The notes below the pieces were generated by a model. It saw only the letters and a program-made list of their open reading frames with translations, was not told the origin of the DNA and did not search any database. A stretch of DNA of 64,000 nt from Selaginella moellendorffii (lineage: Eukaryota; Plantae; Lycopodiophyta): NCBI RefSeq assembly GCF_000143415.4, contig NW_003314261.1:3526880-3590879 (forward strand). Reading direction: 5' to 3'. The position numbers were made by a program, and so were the translations under genes. This document shows positions 12,801 to 27,199 of this stretch, piece by piece (within the stretch, counting starts at the first letter, position 1; every line of letters starts with the position of its first letter).

Positions 12801-15800
12801 ATATTGCCTTCGGAGCTTGAAAGCACCTGTAAGGAATTTAGTTGGTTATATCCTCAACAGAGTCACTTCTCCCTCACCTCGATAATTCGATCCTCAATGT
12901 CCTTAAGCTGCCTCTGATTTTCTGCTCCTTGCAGCACAAGCTGTGTTTTCTCTTCCTCAAGATCTGGGCGTTCGTTCTTTACAGCCATGCCGAGAACTTG
13001 ATCTGAAAGCCCTTCAGGAGTAATCATGAAGTTGAGCAGCGTCACCTTGACGGACACCTGCAGTTAAAATCCACATCAGTCAAACTTTGATTCAAGCTGT
13101 ACACTGAGCATACCTCTGGCATATAGTGCGGGTTCCGGAGTTTTGTCGTAATGTAAAACCGGAAACTTTCGTTGTACTCAATTGTGTTGTCACCAATGCG
13201 AATTTGAAGCGAACCTCCCATCTTAAAAACGGCTCTGGTGAGAACTGGCTCCAATGTTGGGTCAAGCTCTTCGCCAACATTTTCCAAGAGAAGAGGATAC
13301 CCAAAGTTGATACAATTTTCCAGCTTTCGTACAAAGTCCGCATCTGCAAGCTTTACCACTTGAAGATTTTTTGCCTTCTCCATCGTCTGCAAAAGGACCC
13401 TGAACTTTAGAACAAGTTTATGAAACAAACTCGTACCTTTATCCATTTATTCGCTTGTCCCTGAGGATCAATCAAAAGCGGCCACCGCTTGGCATTATCC
13501 ATAATGATCCCGTTATCTATCGAAAACCCGTCGTTCGGCAGACCATCTATCACCCAGTCTCTGATTGCCACAGGATTGCCCAGGACTGTGGTCAGCTTGA
13601 AGATCGGAGAACAAGGGATGTTCTTCTCCTTGCACATTGTCACCCAGGAATCCAGTAGTCTCTCCCGATAAGCTAGCGTCACAGCTCCAAGGTAAGCAAT
13701 GTATCCAGATGCAACGAGGACATCTCCAGTTAAATCCAGATAGAGTTTTCCCATTTCCTCTGCCACACTGGTCCATCTTGCCTTCTCCCCTCCAAGACCA
13801 CCTATAAGTTTTTCTGCGCGTGAAAGTTTCTGCATGCAAAACAGAACGATGTTAGTGCTCAAATGCCATCAACAGTAAAATGAAGCCTCTCACCTTTTGA
13901 CAGTTTTGAACGTCCGATTCTAGCTGCGCCTTTTTAGCTTCCATGGCGTCAAGCTGTTTCTGAAGCTTTCCCAGCTTCTCTTCTACCTGCCTCAGCATTT
14001 CCTTCTTTGCTGTCAAAGCTATTTGAAGCTCGTTAAACTCATCAGTGGCTGCTTGCAGCTTCGCCCGCTTTGGCGCCACAACCTGTAAGAAAGAAAAGCA
14101 ATGAGCAAAGAAGCTTGTAAATATACTCCTTGACGTACCTTCGCCACTCTATCATAGCTTTCCATTGCTCGCACCCAACAACAAAGTCCATAGGCAGCTT
14201 TAGATGCTTTTTTCACAACTTCTGGATCAAACTCTGCTCTTTGCAAGTATGGCCGTATCTTATCAATTATTGCCTGAGGGATGTTATCTTTATCATACTC
14301 CTTCAATGACGGAAGGAAAGTTGTGTCCGCAAGCATTTGCTGCGCAGGACCCCAATAGTCCTCAATTTTCTTTCCCGGGCTGTTTGGGTCAGGTATTCTC
14401 CTCGACTTAACCTGTTGGACAAAATCTTCTTAGTTCAGTATGTAAAATTACATCGATTCTTACCCCTTTCATCAAACAACAGGCTTCCATGACAATTTTC
14501 ACAGGTGCCGGTGGATTTTTCATGGCCTTGACTTCTGTAATATCTGCTTTTGTAAGAGTATCCAACGCAGAGAGAGCAGCTTCCAGCATTGGCATAGCCT
14601 ACATGCATCAGATTATAAATCCAAGTGCAAGTAGCAATTGCAGAGTACTTACCACAGCAAGCTCTGATTCACAATCTTCTTTGATTGCTTTCGCCTCTGA
14701 AGCCTTGACATTGGCAATGGCTTCCTCGGCCTCCACAATCTTACGTGTTGCCTCGGCCTCCTTCCGATCTCTATCGATGGTGACAAGAAGTGCATCTGTT
14801 TCTTCGGCAGTTTTGATTAAGATGGGCTGAAGAGCTTCAAGCTCCTTCTTCATTACATTTACTTGGCCTTCGGCACCCAGCAGCTTCTCAAGTCCCATCT
14901 GTGTGACAGTAATAGAATGAATGGGCGTTACAGCAGGATAACTTTACGTGCACGAGCACGTAGTCGGAAACATACCACGTATCTGAATTTGATTGTGTTA
15001 ATCTGCAACCTCTTCTCCCCAAGCAGAGACTTGTATGTGTTGAGGAGCTCCAGAAATGAAGTCGGCGTCACGTAAAAATGTCGTTGCTGCTCTTGCCAGA
15101 AGGTATCAGATAAGTCACTAGCATTCTGATGAAATGCCATGCACATGTCTATGACTCCAGGTAATATATAATCCTCATTAAACTCCAGCTGAAACAGCGA
15201 TAGATTAGCACCGAAGAAAATCAAACTTCGAAAGCAAAACTTACGACTGAGAGGAAACGCGTGCCAACGGATTTAAGAGCCTCTGCAGGCCACTCCGTGA
15301 ACCAGTCAATGGTACAACAGTTGACAAGTGATGGAAACATGCGGAGCCTTGTTCGAAATGACGAACCAAATGGACTCATGCAAATAACCATGTGCAGATT
15401 TCTCTTGCATTGCTCCACAAAAAACATGTAAAGTTCCGACTGTGTGCCTTCTACTCCTGCCTTTTTAGCACGGACCCTCACGGAATCCAAGATAGGCAAA
15501 ATCTCATCTTTCGGGTAAAGATTTGGCACCTGAAAGGAAACCAGAAAAGATTGAGGCTGTCAGGAAACTGGTTACAGCTACTATACCTCTCCAGTGTTCA
15601 AAATATTGTTTATATCTTCGAGAAACCTTTCTTCTTTGAGTTGAGTATCACTGAAGACGAAAACAGTGGCATTGTTATCACCTCCAGACTTCTTCAAAAC
15701 CACCTGCAACATTCATATCTTGTACCAAGAAAGAAAGAGAAAAGAGACAAACCTTCAGGTCTTCTCTCCATTCCATAAAACCATAAAGCTTGCTAATTTG

Positions 15801-18800
15801 TATCTGGAACAGCATATAACTCGCCATGGAAGTGGCCAGTTTGGTGAGAGATTGGCGGCCTACTCCTCCCACTCCTACTAGCAAAGCATTTCCATAAGGT
15901 TGTCGAAGAATTCGACTGATACGCAAAACGTGCTGTGCAGCATACGCAAAAAGAACCAAGACGAGAGGATTTCTCGTTTGAGAGTTGAACTCAGCGAGTT
16001 GCTCCTCCATAAACGTGAGCAGCTTTTTCGCATCATATATTTCTTCATACCTGCGAAACAGTTGCTTAAGCAAAATGCGAAATGCCAGCAAAGATTGCGA
16101 TACATACCTCTTTGGAAAGTTAGTCGTATCTATAACATCGCCAAACATTACGTTTCGGATGGAATTGGCATAATCATAGTTGCCAAAAACGTAGTCACAT
16201 TTAAGCTGCAAACGAGACTCAATCCTGTTTTGCACATACTTGACAAACCAATCGCGGTCCTCGTCACAGATAAGCCTGTCATAGAATACCCGCAGGCATT
16301 CATGAACCCAAAGGCGAACGAGATTCTTTTTCTCTTCCAGAGCAACTCCTATCATTGAAATCCCCTGGAAAACCTTGCACAGATCTCGCATATTATATGT
16401 ATAGTGAGACTTGGGTGGCGTAGGCAGTAGCTCCTTTTGGATAGATCGATAAATGTCGATCGTTGCAAGAACAAGAAGGTTTAAAATGCCGCTTATCTGT
16501 ATGCAGGATGAAGCACAAATCAGTGGCTGCTGGAAAGTAAAAAAGAGGCGACTTACATCAGTCGATAACCGTGACTTCCTTGCCCACCATGCCATGATTG
16601 TGTTAAAGACCGTTGCTAATGTAGCATCGTCGAAGTCAAGGATAGTAAGAACAACATAATGCCTGAGATATCTAGGCGTAACAGGATTACGACCACCTCC
16701 AGGCGGACCCATGGCTGACACAAACTGAATGTCAATCAGCTGGCGGAATGTAAGCTCCGCTCTATCATACCTGTTTCAATGTAATGAGCAAAACGTAAGA
16801 ACAATGAAAAAGATGCAAAAGACAGTTACCATCCACCATGATCCATCCATTGCCGTAATATTTCAATAGGTGGCTGAGCACCATAAACTTCGAGCGCAGG
16901 CATATTTAGATCATCAACAAAAATGACGCATCTCGTTCCATAGGGGGGCCCGTAAATACCTCTCCTCCTTTTGTCCAGTTTTCCATCTATGATATCCTGG
17001 AACAAATTGTAAGCGTAAATATCGTAGAAAAACACGAAACAAAGCACGCACCTGAGTCTGGTTTGCATTTGTTTGCGCGGAGAAAGTCATCATGATATTC
17101 CGATAAACCGCTTTATCAAGTCCGGCAGTAAGCTCGTTCTTGATGTATACGGTCTTACCTGTGAGAACACCAAGAAAAAGAAACTTCAGAAGTTGAAAAA
17201 AATCATGAACGTTGGCAAACCTGTTCCTGTAGGACCCGAAATAAGAACATGCTTCTGATGAGTGACAAGGACTTGCAGCAGATACGAATATCTCCCAGTG
17301 TCAATTGTTTGAACAATGATGTCGTTAAACTCCGCGTCCACAGATGGTGCTCTTGTGTCAATGATGTCCATCCACTGTTTCCAGCAGTTTTCGATCTTCC
17401 AGAATACAAAGTTGTAGCACGGGCCAGTAACCGGAAGAGGCAACGCGACTGCAAAGGACGGTTTCATAATCTCCAGCCCTGCAGCGAGCTGATAGCCAAG
17501 GTCGTCTTCTTTCGCAAGGAGCTTCCGAAAGAACACGTCGAATTTCGCCCGTCCTTCAACGTCAACAGTTGCACCGACTGTCCAAATAAGACTTGTTATG
17601 AAGAGGCACTGCAACCAGTTGACCATGTCGTCGCCGCGAGGCAGTGGAAGAATATGAACCGCAATTGTCGATGCTCTTGGAGCGTTTGGCACCTGCTTGA
17701 ACTCGTCGAGGAAGCTTTCGTACATGTTCATCAGGCTCGCTGCAAGGTTGATTGGAGATGCCGCAACTATTTCTTTGCAGTGCTTCTTGACAAACTGCAG
17801 GCACGGCTCCACCAGCCAATCCAGCATGGCTTCGACGATCTTTATCCCCTCCACGATGCCGGGAAAGTTATCGGTCATTTTCTTCACCCATGATACTTTC
17901 AGAGGCACCCATCCGATCTGGCTTGGTTCAGTATACACCATTCCACAGCGACTAACCGTTGCCGGAGATGCGACTGCAAGGTCTTGCACTTCGAAAATAA
18001 GGTTCATAGAGTTCGTCATTTGAATGATCTCGCCGCTCATAAGGCACAGTTTCTTATTGTCGTCGAGAACCGTGTTCATGTTTTCAATCCAGACCTGCAA
18101 CTTTTTATCAGAAAAAAACAGATGTGCCAGCATACAGTTTCATACCGCGTCAACTGGACCATCAAACAGAATCCACTTGCGATCTGGTGTCGTATCAACT
18201 GCAGCATTGCGAAAGTTCTTTGCGAGAATGCCATCGGTCCACTCGTGAGATACGGGATCAAATTGTCCATAAAGCTGACCAATGTATATAGATTTTGGAT
18301 TGAGGCAGTAGCACTTGGTCACGTTCTCCATGATGCCGCCATTGCAAAGTTCGGTAAGAGCTGCAGCAAGCACTCGATAGCACTCGGTTTTGGCGCCATA
18401 GGAGTATCCGACAATCATGAGCCCATGCCTCACAAGAATCATCTCATACAGTTGAAAAATCTGCGAAACTGAAGAAGTAAAAAAGGTCTCACTGATTACA
18501 ATGAACAACGTACCTTTTCAAAGAAAACAGGGGTCGGCTGAAGATTGCGCTTCTTACACGCATTATGAAGAGCAATCTCCATCAACTTGTAGTCTGGAGA
18601 TGGAAGAACGACTCCAGGAAACAAATCCATGAGAATACCTTCAAATAGAGGAATATCATGCGCAAGAAACTTTGGCAAGTTCACATCTTTTAATGATTTC
18701 AGCATCAAGACCCCTTCGTTCTCATCAGGAAACTTCTGTTTCACATTTCCTGCGGCCCTTAACACGGAAATGACGGCTCTCATACCATAATCGTAGTGAT

Positions 18801-21800
18801 TTTGGCTAGAGAGCTGTTCACTGCAAACAACGTTAATTTAGTTTCAAAGAAAAGTTTGTGCGAGAAAGTAATTGTCTGTACCTACATAGCCGATATGTAG
18901 CAACTAGCTTTCTAGCAAGCTCACGAGCTTGTAGATATCCAAAGGAGTACAGTGTTATCTCCGAGATCAACGCATAATCGGGAACCATCATAGCCACAGT
19001 TCGAAAAAGTGCTTTTAAATTGTCAGGGAGCTCAGAACGCCCAGCGTAACCCGGATTCATGGTGATAAACACAGCGCATGTTGTTTTCAGCGTAAGCTTC
19101 ACACCTTCAAATTCAAACTGCTTTAGACCGGCTGCTTTTGCTCTTTGAATTGTCATAATCTGTTGAGCTATCACGCTGAGCACCTGAACGACACCAAATT
19201 CACTGTAAGTGTAAGTATGCCACGAAAGTTACCTCCAGGTCAATTCGATTGAACTCATCAAAGCAAGCCCAAGCACCGGAGCTAGCTAAACCCTTAAAAA
19301 ACTTTCCCATGGCTAAGTAATCAAGACCATCTGAGCAGTTGAACACAACGCATTGCATTGCAATGGCTTTTGCCAAATCCTTGGTAGTTTCCGTCTTGCC
19401 AGTACCTGCTTATAGTGTTAAGGACAACAATGACAATTCAGTAAAACAAAAAATGCACCTGCCGGTCCCTCAGGAGCACCTCCCAGATTCAAATGCAAGG
19501 CTCCCATAAGTGTTCGATAACACCGATCAGTTAGCGGGGTTATAACCAAGCGACTGCTGTTTCCTAGATATTCATACGCATAAGGTAGCGAGGCATTAAT
19601 CATACGGACAATGACCAGACCATCTTCGTACGTGTACCTGTAAGAAAGACACAGTTGATACTTAGATTTTATCCAAAGAAGAGTGCACCTCAGTTGACTT
19701 GTCCACTCAAAATCAGTTTCCTCGGAAAGGTTGGCGTCAGCAAGATTTTTAACCACATCCCGAGCGTGGACATCAATGACAATAAGAGCTCCGATCGTTT
19801 TCCTTTCTAAGCTGGTTAGCTTACCACGAACCTGTAAGAGACATATGAGCCGTGCTTTATCTGAAAATAGAAGAACCTTATTGACAATAGCTTCGAGTTG
19901 TTGAGTGCACTTCTGCTCATAAGTTTGGAGTGTTCCTTTCCTAATGCTTTCTGCAACTTCAGACGTCCAATAGAGGGATGAAATGCACAAAACGACCTGT
20001 CCAGGCCACACAAGAACCCAATTTAATCTGTCTGACACGGGATATGCCTCATATGATCTTCTTGTGACATCTTGTAAACTCTCTCTCATCGCCATTTCCA
20101 CCTGTTATTTGAAACACTTAGGGAAACCAACAAAACCATAGCCTACCTGTGTCAACCATTTTTCCACCGCACCAGCAGCATCTTTCGGATTAAATTTGGT
20201 AACAAAGCCGACCTTCTCTCCCTCTTCACTGATCATCGCCGTAATTTCAAGGTTCTTTTGAAACTCCAAACGACTTATGCCTTCAAAAATTTTGCGACAG
20301 AAAGGTTGGACTCTTAAAGGGTCTTTTGTCTCGGCCAATATCTCCAAGAGCTCATCATTTGATAGGAAGTAGAACCTACATTCTTTAACAATTAGTGAGT
20401 GAACCATATACGCTTTTCTATCGTACCTGGGGAAGGCTAACCGTTTCGTTTCCAAATACTCATTCAGACCTTTCTGAACCATGTCCAGCTGCTTGTTACC
20501 CTCCTTGAGGCCCTTCAAGATTTCCTCGTCCGTTCCAACAACCAAAGCCTCTGGATTTTTCATCAGCTTGTCCATAATTCTCCTCCAAGACGCATCGGTA
20601 GCCTTAAATCTTCGTCCCTCAACGGGCATTTGCTGCATGATGTCCTCCGACGTGAAGATTGGCTCGAGATAGAGCCACTGCTGCTGGCAAGCCAGCCACT
20701 CATCTAGCGTCTGCAAGCTTCACTAAAACATCGATAACTTAGAAGATTAGACAATGAGAACAGGAACTAAAATTCGCACCTCTTGCACCAGGTTGAGTTT
20801 GGCCAGCCAAAGTTTGACACGATCTTCGAACGGGCCTACATACGGGGACGCCTGCATGGATTGCGTTTTCGCAATATGATCTTCCAGTTGCATTTGAAGA
20901 TCGTCCAGTCCACGCAAAATGCAGGTGCCCGTGTTATGCCACATAACGTAATCAAACTTCATTCCAACCCAATCATTTTGCATTTTGTCGATGGTAACTT
21001 CAACCGAGTACTCCTTGCTTGCGAACTCACTTATCTGTGAGACAATTCCTTGTTATGAGAGTGCTGGTATCGTATGAAGAAGATACTTACATCCTCTATC
21101 ACTGCCATGTACTTCGGAAGTCCCAATTCCAATGCGACAGATACCGTGAAAGTTGGCCCGGGCTTTACTTCAAATCCGAGTTGGTCGCTTAGCTTTTTCC
21201 AATGACGATCTCGCATGCCAGGATTTCGAAGGGCAGTGACCATGGGAATGTTCACCTATAAAACATGACAGTCAGTACAAGTATCTGTCTCAAGCCACAG
21301 ACTCTTACCATAAAGCTTTCAATCTTTTTCTTCAACTGCTCTGCAACGATTTTCACATCCCCTGTGACTTGCTTCACGCTTTTCGCGCAAGCACGGAACC
21401 ACTTATCGACATTTTGCTGCATCTCTTCGGAGTTGATAGAACCAAATGGACCATCCATCCACTGTGGCAAAACTCGAAGGAAGTCCGCGGCAGTATGCCA
21501 GACAACGCCGCACATTTCAAATTGCTTTTCCAGCTGCTCGATTTGCGGGTATTCGGTAACCGTTAGGCCGAAGACCTGTTCCCGACTGTTGTACAGCTCA
21601 GAAAGTTCTCCGTACTTTTTAATCTTGTCCTCAATCTCTTGAACGACAAGTATCCGTTCCTCAAACGAATCGATATCGCCGTACTTCGTAAACCCCTGCA
21701 CTTCCTCTCCCAGTTTCTTAAGATCCGCCTTCAGTTTCAGCTGATCCATTGCTAGTTGCGCGGTGAATTTCATCTGTAATAAAGGAGCACATTTGTCATG

Positions 21801-24716
21801 TTTAAATTGTCGAATACACGTTAACCTTCGACTGTGTTATTTTGCCATCGCAGTCCTCAATCGCAAGCCCGATTCTCTGAGGCCAAGCCTGTGTTGTCCA
21901 AAAGTGGTCCATGTTTTCTTCGGAAACTGTGAATTGTTTCCGGTCGAACATTGCCCAAACCTGAAACTTAACGTTTGTATAACAAATTTGCTAAAAAAGA
22001 ACACAAACCTGAGCGGACTTGGCAACTTCTTCTTCCAGTTGTATGACCTCTTTTTTACTTGAAATAACGTACTTTCTGATGCCATCAAGCTCCTCTGGAT
22101 TCGGAATGTCACTGTTGTTACATGTTTTAGCAGCAGGAAGCAGCAGTCTAAAACAAATTACTTACATCCCAAGCCGTTGATCGATGTCATTATACTTCTG
22201 ACAAAGAACGGTGTTTTTGGCAATTGTGGTTTCAAGAATTTGACAGCTGATTTTGTTCGCTATAGCAGTAGCTTTCTTGTAGAGGAAATCACGTATGGTT
22301 GTGCAATCGATATGAAACATTGGCACTACAACTTCCCTCTCAGATCTCCAAAATGCAGCCTCTGCGACCTGTGAGCAAATCGATCAGCTGCAACGCCTAA
22401 ACTATCATCAAACATACCTCCAAATAAGTCGTGATTGTCTGCTCGTAGTCCTCGAGAGAATGCTTAGCCGCAATATACAACTCCGCAAAAGTCTCAATAT
22501 TCAAATGCGCAAGGTCGTTGTATTCTTGATAATCTTCCTGCAGCTTGCGTGCTGGTTGAAAGTTGTACTCTAGAATTTCCTGCAGATCACAGGGTGTAAG
22601 TATTACGTGAGCAAGAGAATGATAAGAACGAGGAACCTTTATCTTTTTCCGGGATGCGACAAGCCGTATCTCGTCCGGTGGTAGTGTATATATCTCATTG
22701 GAAACGAGAAGATTTGTGACAGTAGTTAACCTTGACTGCAAATCTTCTATCCCTTTGATGGACTGAATAGCGTGGTCATAGATGCCGAGTACCGTGCTTT
22801 CGACTGTTTCTAGAGAAGGCACAAAAACAAACTCATTATCAGCCACCGTCAGCTGGATGGTGAACAACGGCTGCCTGTGTATCCCCTGATGCTCAGGCAC
22901 CTTTTCTTCTGACGGCAAATACTGCTCCCACAGTTTACGGTAACCAGACGTAGATAGCAAAATCACCATCTCCAATTGTTCTCTCATTGTCAGCGACAGT
23001 CGCATCATGTAGTTCATAAGCCTTTCCATCGATCGTTGTGGATATTGAGCGGTTGGGGACACCAACTCGTCAATAATGCCAACGACTTTCGGCACCCACC
23101 TGCACAACAAAATTAGTCTTTTAAACTTGATAGAATGTCGTACGTACTCGTTTCTGAAGTACTCGACAGTTTCCCTGATATACTCTTCTTGGGTTTCACG
23201 AAAATTTTCTAGTAACCATGGTCTCTGATCCCTGTAAAGTTGTGGATCGACTAGAGAAACCTCTGAGATGTCCATCTCCTTGTAATACAGCTGCAAACCA
23301 AGCAGAAAAGCCTCTTCAGCAACACAGAGTGTTCTAGATATGCTTTCCCGTACGAAGAAAAACGGTGTATCAAATACCAAAGGAACACAACCCTGTCTGC
23401 AGCATCCCGACTTAAACAAACATGAGAGAACAAAAACGAGAACTACCTTGGACAAGATGTCTCCTGCTTTAGTTTGGAAAATATTTGAAGAGCGGCAAAT
23501 CGGGGTCGCTCGTCTTCGTTAAGAAGCTGATAATGGTTGAGAATCGAGCTGTTTACACTGAGACGATAGTCACGTTTCATGTCCTCGAAATAGTCAGCAA
23601 CAGTGGCGGTAAACTTTCTAGAAAGCTCCACTCCAGACATGTTTAAAACGCGATTCAAAAGCTGATCGTCAATCACTTCAGGATTTCTGAATGGAAGGTC
23701 CTCAACATACGCGGAATAGCGCTGAACTAGAATTTATTGATTAGGATTATAGAAGAACGACGAGGAGCACATAAAAGATTACCATTTGAGTTTCAACCCT
23801 CGTTCGAAGGTCTTTGGCAGCAAACACTCTGGCGACAAATGCGCGCTCTCTTTCCCTGTCCAATATGAAACTTAGCCTGCATAGACCCCGGTTATCAGTA
23901 TGATCCATAAGCATGAGCAGCTACTACCTCTTTATGACCTTTCTCTTCTCGTTAAACGTAAACTCAACCAAGTAAGTGTCGTTCTTTCTGTCGTACTCGA
24001 GCACGTAACAGGGTACCCATTCACAAAGGCCAGTAGAGGCATAAAACCTTGCTCTTGCCTTGGCTCCTTTCTCACCACGTTCTTGGGCCTGTGCGTTAGA
24101 AGTTAACACACAAATCTAAGAAAGCAACCAGTTATAAGAAAAGTTTTACCTCTTGAATGTCCGTGGAAGGATGCTTGAGATCGATCTCGGGATTGTCGAA
24201 CAAGTCGATCGACAGCGAAATAGCTGGAGGGCCTTTCCCAGCTTCAGGTGGTCGGGGCCGAGAGAACCCCTCAAAGTTCCTCATCTCCTTCTCGGCCAAA
24301 ACTTTGGCATTCTCGTCCTCCTCAATATCCTTCAAGGTGAAACGCTCGCCGCGCCTACGCTTCAAGTCCTGGAACAGCAAAATCTCCTCCGCCCTGGGAG
24401 GATAGCCCCCAATATCCTCCCCCTGGAAACTACACACCTCGGCATCCTGAGCGAAGGTATCAAAATCTCTCTTTTTCGACGGATATGAGCTGATCTCCGC
24501 CGGGGCCGGCTCTGGCTCTGGCTTGTACTTGGCTGTGAACGCCGGAGGAAACCAGATCTTCACGCGAGGGACGATATTCGGCTGATAGGGAGGAACCACG
24601 CCGAATCCCGCCCCAGACGCAGGCTTTGGCTTCCGCTGCATTCTCCAAGAACAAGTACCTGATCGCGATGACGATCGCAATGCCGGTGGCAAACGATCGG
24701 AATCCTCTTCATCCAA
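9835..24716 (-). CDS. Axonemal dynein heavy chain, single-headed inner-arm type (DNAH1-like N-terminus); dozens of short introns
   Basis: AAA1 [47 protein letters not shown]; AAA2 GYSYGAKT; AAA3 GPTGTG; AAA4 [13 protein letters not shown]; stalk; [10 protein letters not shown]; C-terminus [15 protein letters not shown]. Confidence 0.96.
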
Positions 24717-24848
24717 GCACCGGATCGCGATGGCTCCGCCCTCGCCCTAGACGATGGCGCGAGAGATGGAATGGGCTCGCCCTAAGGCCAAAAACCCCCA
24801 AATCCTAACCCTTGTTGCCCGTAACTGCATTCAGCTGAATTTTGTGAG

Positions 24849-24894
24849 CCGTCCACGCGGACGGTATCCACCGTCTACCCGCCAAAAATTTGAA
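24849..24894. promoter_or_regulatory. Short bidirectional promoter with an E2F-like site next to a CHR-like motif, plus two inverted repeats
   Basis: CCCGCCAAAA at 24878-24887 (reverse TTTTGGCGGG), TTTGAA at 24889-24894, and inverted repeats CCGTCC-N4-GGACGG and ACGGT-N4-ACCGT. 194 nt separate the divergent ATGs. Confidence 0.5.
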
Positions 24895-24910
24895 TGCTAG
24901 GGCTCTAGCT

Positions 24911-27185
24911 ATGGCGTCGGGCGAGGGCGAGCCCCGCTACGCGCATCTCCTCCAGCCGTGCAGGGATTTGGGAGAGAACTGGTCTGTGGATGTCGCCCAG
25001 GAGCTGGAGGAGTATCTCTCCCAGCTCCATCTCACACCGCCGTTTCAAGATGGGCAGAGCTGCTTGAATTTCGCAGAAGGTATGTGTCGATCTAGTGAGA
25101 TAGGAAAATCCCTGAGCCAAGTTTTTTTCCAACTCCAGCGGCGCTGCTCATCCAGGGATCGACTCAGGTGTATAGCAAGAAGGTCGAGTACCTGTACGCG
25201 CTTGTTCTCCAGGCCTTGAGCTTCATCAGCCAAAAGAAGTGCGCTTTGCCCGAGAATGGGAGTGCCAAGGAGGCCGAGGTTGTCGAGGAAGAGAAAGAGG
25301 AAGAGTTTCTTAACTTGGATGATGTGCCTGGTATGTACTTCGCGTTATGCTCTTATGTGGTTCGTGACTACTTCTTACAGAGGAAACAAACATCGATCTC
25401 AACGATGGCGAGAGTATCGGCATCACGCCTTCTCTAAACAGGCCTCCTACAAGTCTTCTCGTTGTCGAAGGGGATGCTTTCGAGACGATGAAAAACGGTG
25501 GTGAATTGTCAACTTACCAGGTCAGTGGTTTTTTCTACTTCTGGATTCTCATTGTTTTGGTTTTCCTTTCCAGATTGCAACGAGCTTTCTTTATAGAGAT
25601 TTCCTGCTTCTAGACCCCTGCGATGCCGAGGCCGTTGATAACTACTTATATGTTCCTAGAGCTGAGAGAGCGACTCCTCGTCCTCCAAGCTCATCACGAT
25701 CGAGAAGCCACAGAGCATCAAGTCCGGGTCGTAGAGCCAGCTCTGGCAAAAAAACTCGGCCATCTTATGCGGGAGATGATTTTTGTGAAGGTCCAGAAGA
25801 CGACTTTGAGCCGTGTTCTGCGAGAAACATTAACTTCGATGCACCCCTTGAAGGTGCTAACAACATCCCACACGCGGACGAGCAACAACAGCAAGATGAT
25901 GAGGACGATCCCTGGGCACGGCTCAATCCTCACGAACCGGGAACGCTTCTAGTAAAGCCGTATAAGAGAGGTAAAAGCTATCTTCATTGATCCTTTGTTA
26001 ACTGAGATTTTCCGCAGGTCTTCTGTCTAGGAAAAAGCCTACTAAAGCCCCCGTGGTTGATGTGGAGTTTCCAATGGCTACGAGAAACGGGACTACATTT
26101 TGCGAGTTCTTGGAGGCGCTACAGGATAAGGAAGCTGCTGACCGACTTAAAAGGACGACAAAGACCAACTCTCGAACCGCCGAGAAGGTAATGCCGCTTT
26201 TGGCATTTATATTTTACTTTTAGTTCCCGTTGCCAGGCGAAGCCGGACTTTCAAACAGCTGCAGAACCTCCGGAATCTGATGATGAACCTGACAACGTTG
26301 ACAACTTCGAACCATGGGATAACACTGTTCCAGAAGCTGGCGGAGAAACAGAACCTTTGAATGCTCCAGAGCCGTCTGAGCAGCAGGGGGAAACATCTTT
26401 TGAAAAGCTGTGTCATGCGACAAGGGTAGAAAGTTTTCACCTCCTCGACATCTACTCACCTGGCTGCTCATATATAGGATTCTGTGATGCAAACATTGGT
26501 AGAAGCTGAGCTCCGAGCTGAACTAGCTTCTCGCGTTTCGAACTGGAAGGTGAAGGTAGAAGCGTCATTGGCTGAGCAGGTATGTCCACGCTTCACACTT
26601 CAAACGTTTTGCTGATATTTCTCGTAGGATGCACGTCCTGCATTTGATATACATGTTTATGGGGAGCGTATCATTGAGAGGTGCTTACACGAAGCACCGG
26701 AGCAATCTGATGGGGTCAGCTCCTTTACTCAGATAGTGAAGGGGCAAGACAGCCACGACGTAGCAAGATCTTTCGCTGCTTTACTGCAACTGGTATTTGG
26801 TGATCTACAAACCTGCTGTTTTGTTAACTTCCAAATGCAGGTAAACAATGGAAATGTGCTAATTGAACGGGATGCACCAAGCTGTACAACGGGGTGCTTC
26901 ACGGCGGAGACTCCCTTCAAAGTGAAACTTCTGAGCTCTCAGAAAGTACACGAGGATATGTTACACTACCAAGCGCCATCTCACGCTGCCAGAACAAAGG
27001 AGGCCCACACGCCGCCAAGAGTTAAGAGGCAGGCAACGCGTTTGGATGTTTTGAGCCCTCCTGTCCAGTCCCAGCCCGGTGAGGCATTTACAGGTGTTGA
27101 AAACGCGACTCCGAAGCTTACACCCGTCAGCAAAAGAAGGTGCAAGCGCCGGCCACTCCAGGCGATCAAGAATGCGAACAGGTAA
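24911..27185 (+). CDS. CAP-H2: Condensin II kleisin subunit H2, multi-exon
   Basis: [81 protein letters not shown]. Confidence 0.93.
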
Positions 27186-27199
27186 CGCTCTGCAAAATT

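Noticed and set aside
24814-24825. X-box-like GTTGCCCGTAAC upstream of the dynein gene
   Set aside because: Imperfect match, and RFX factors are not known in plants.
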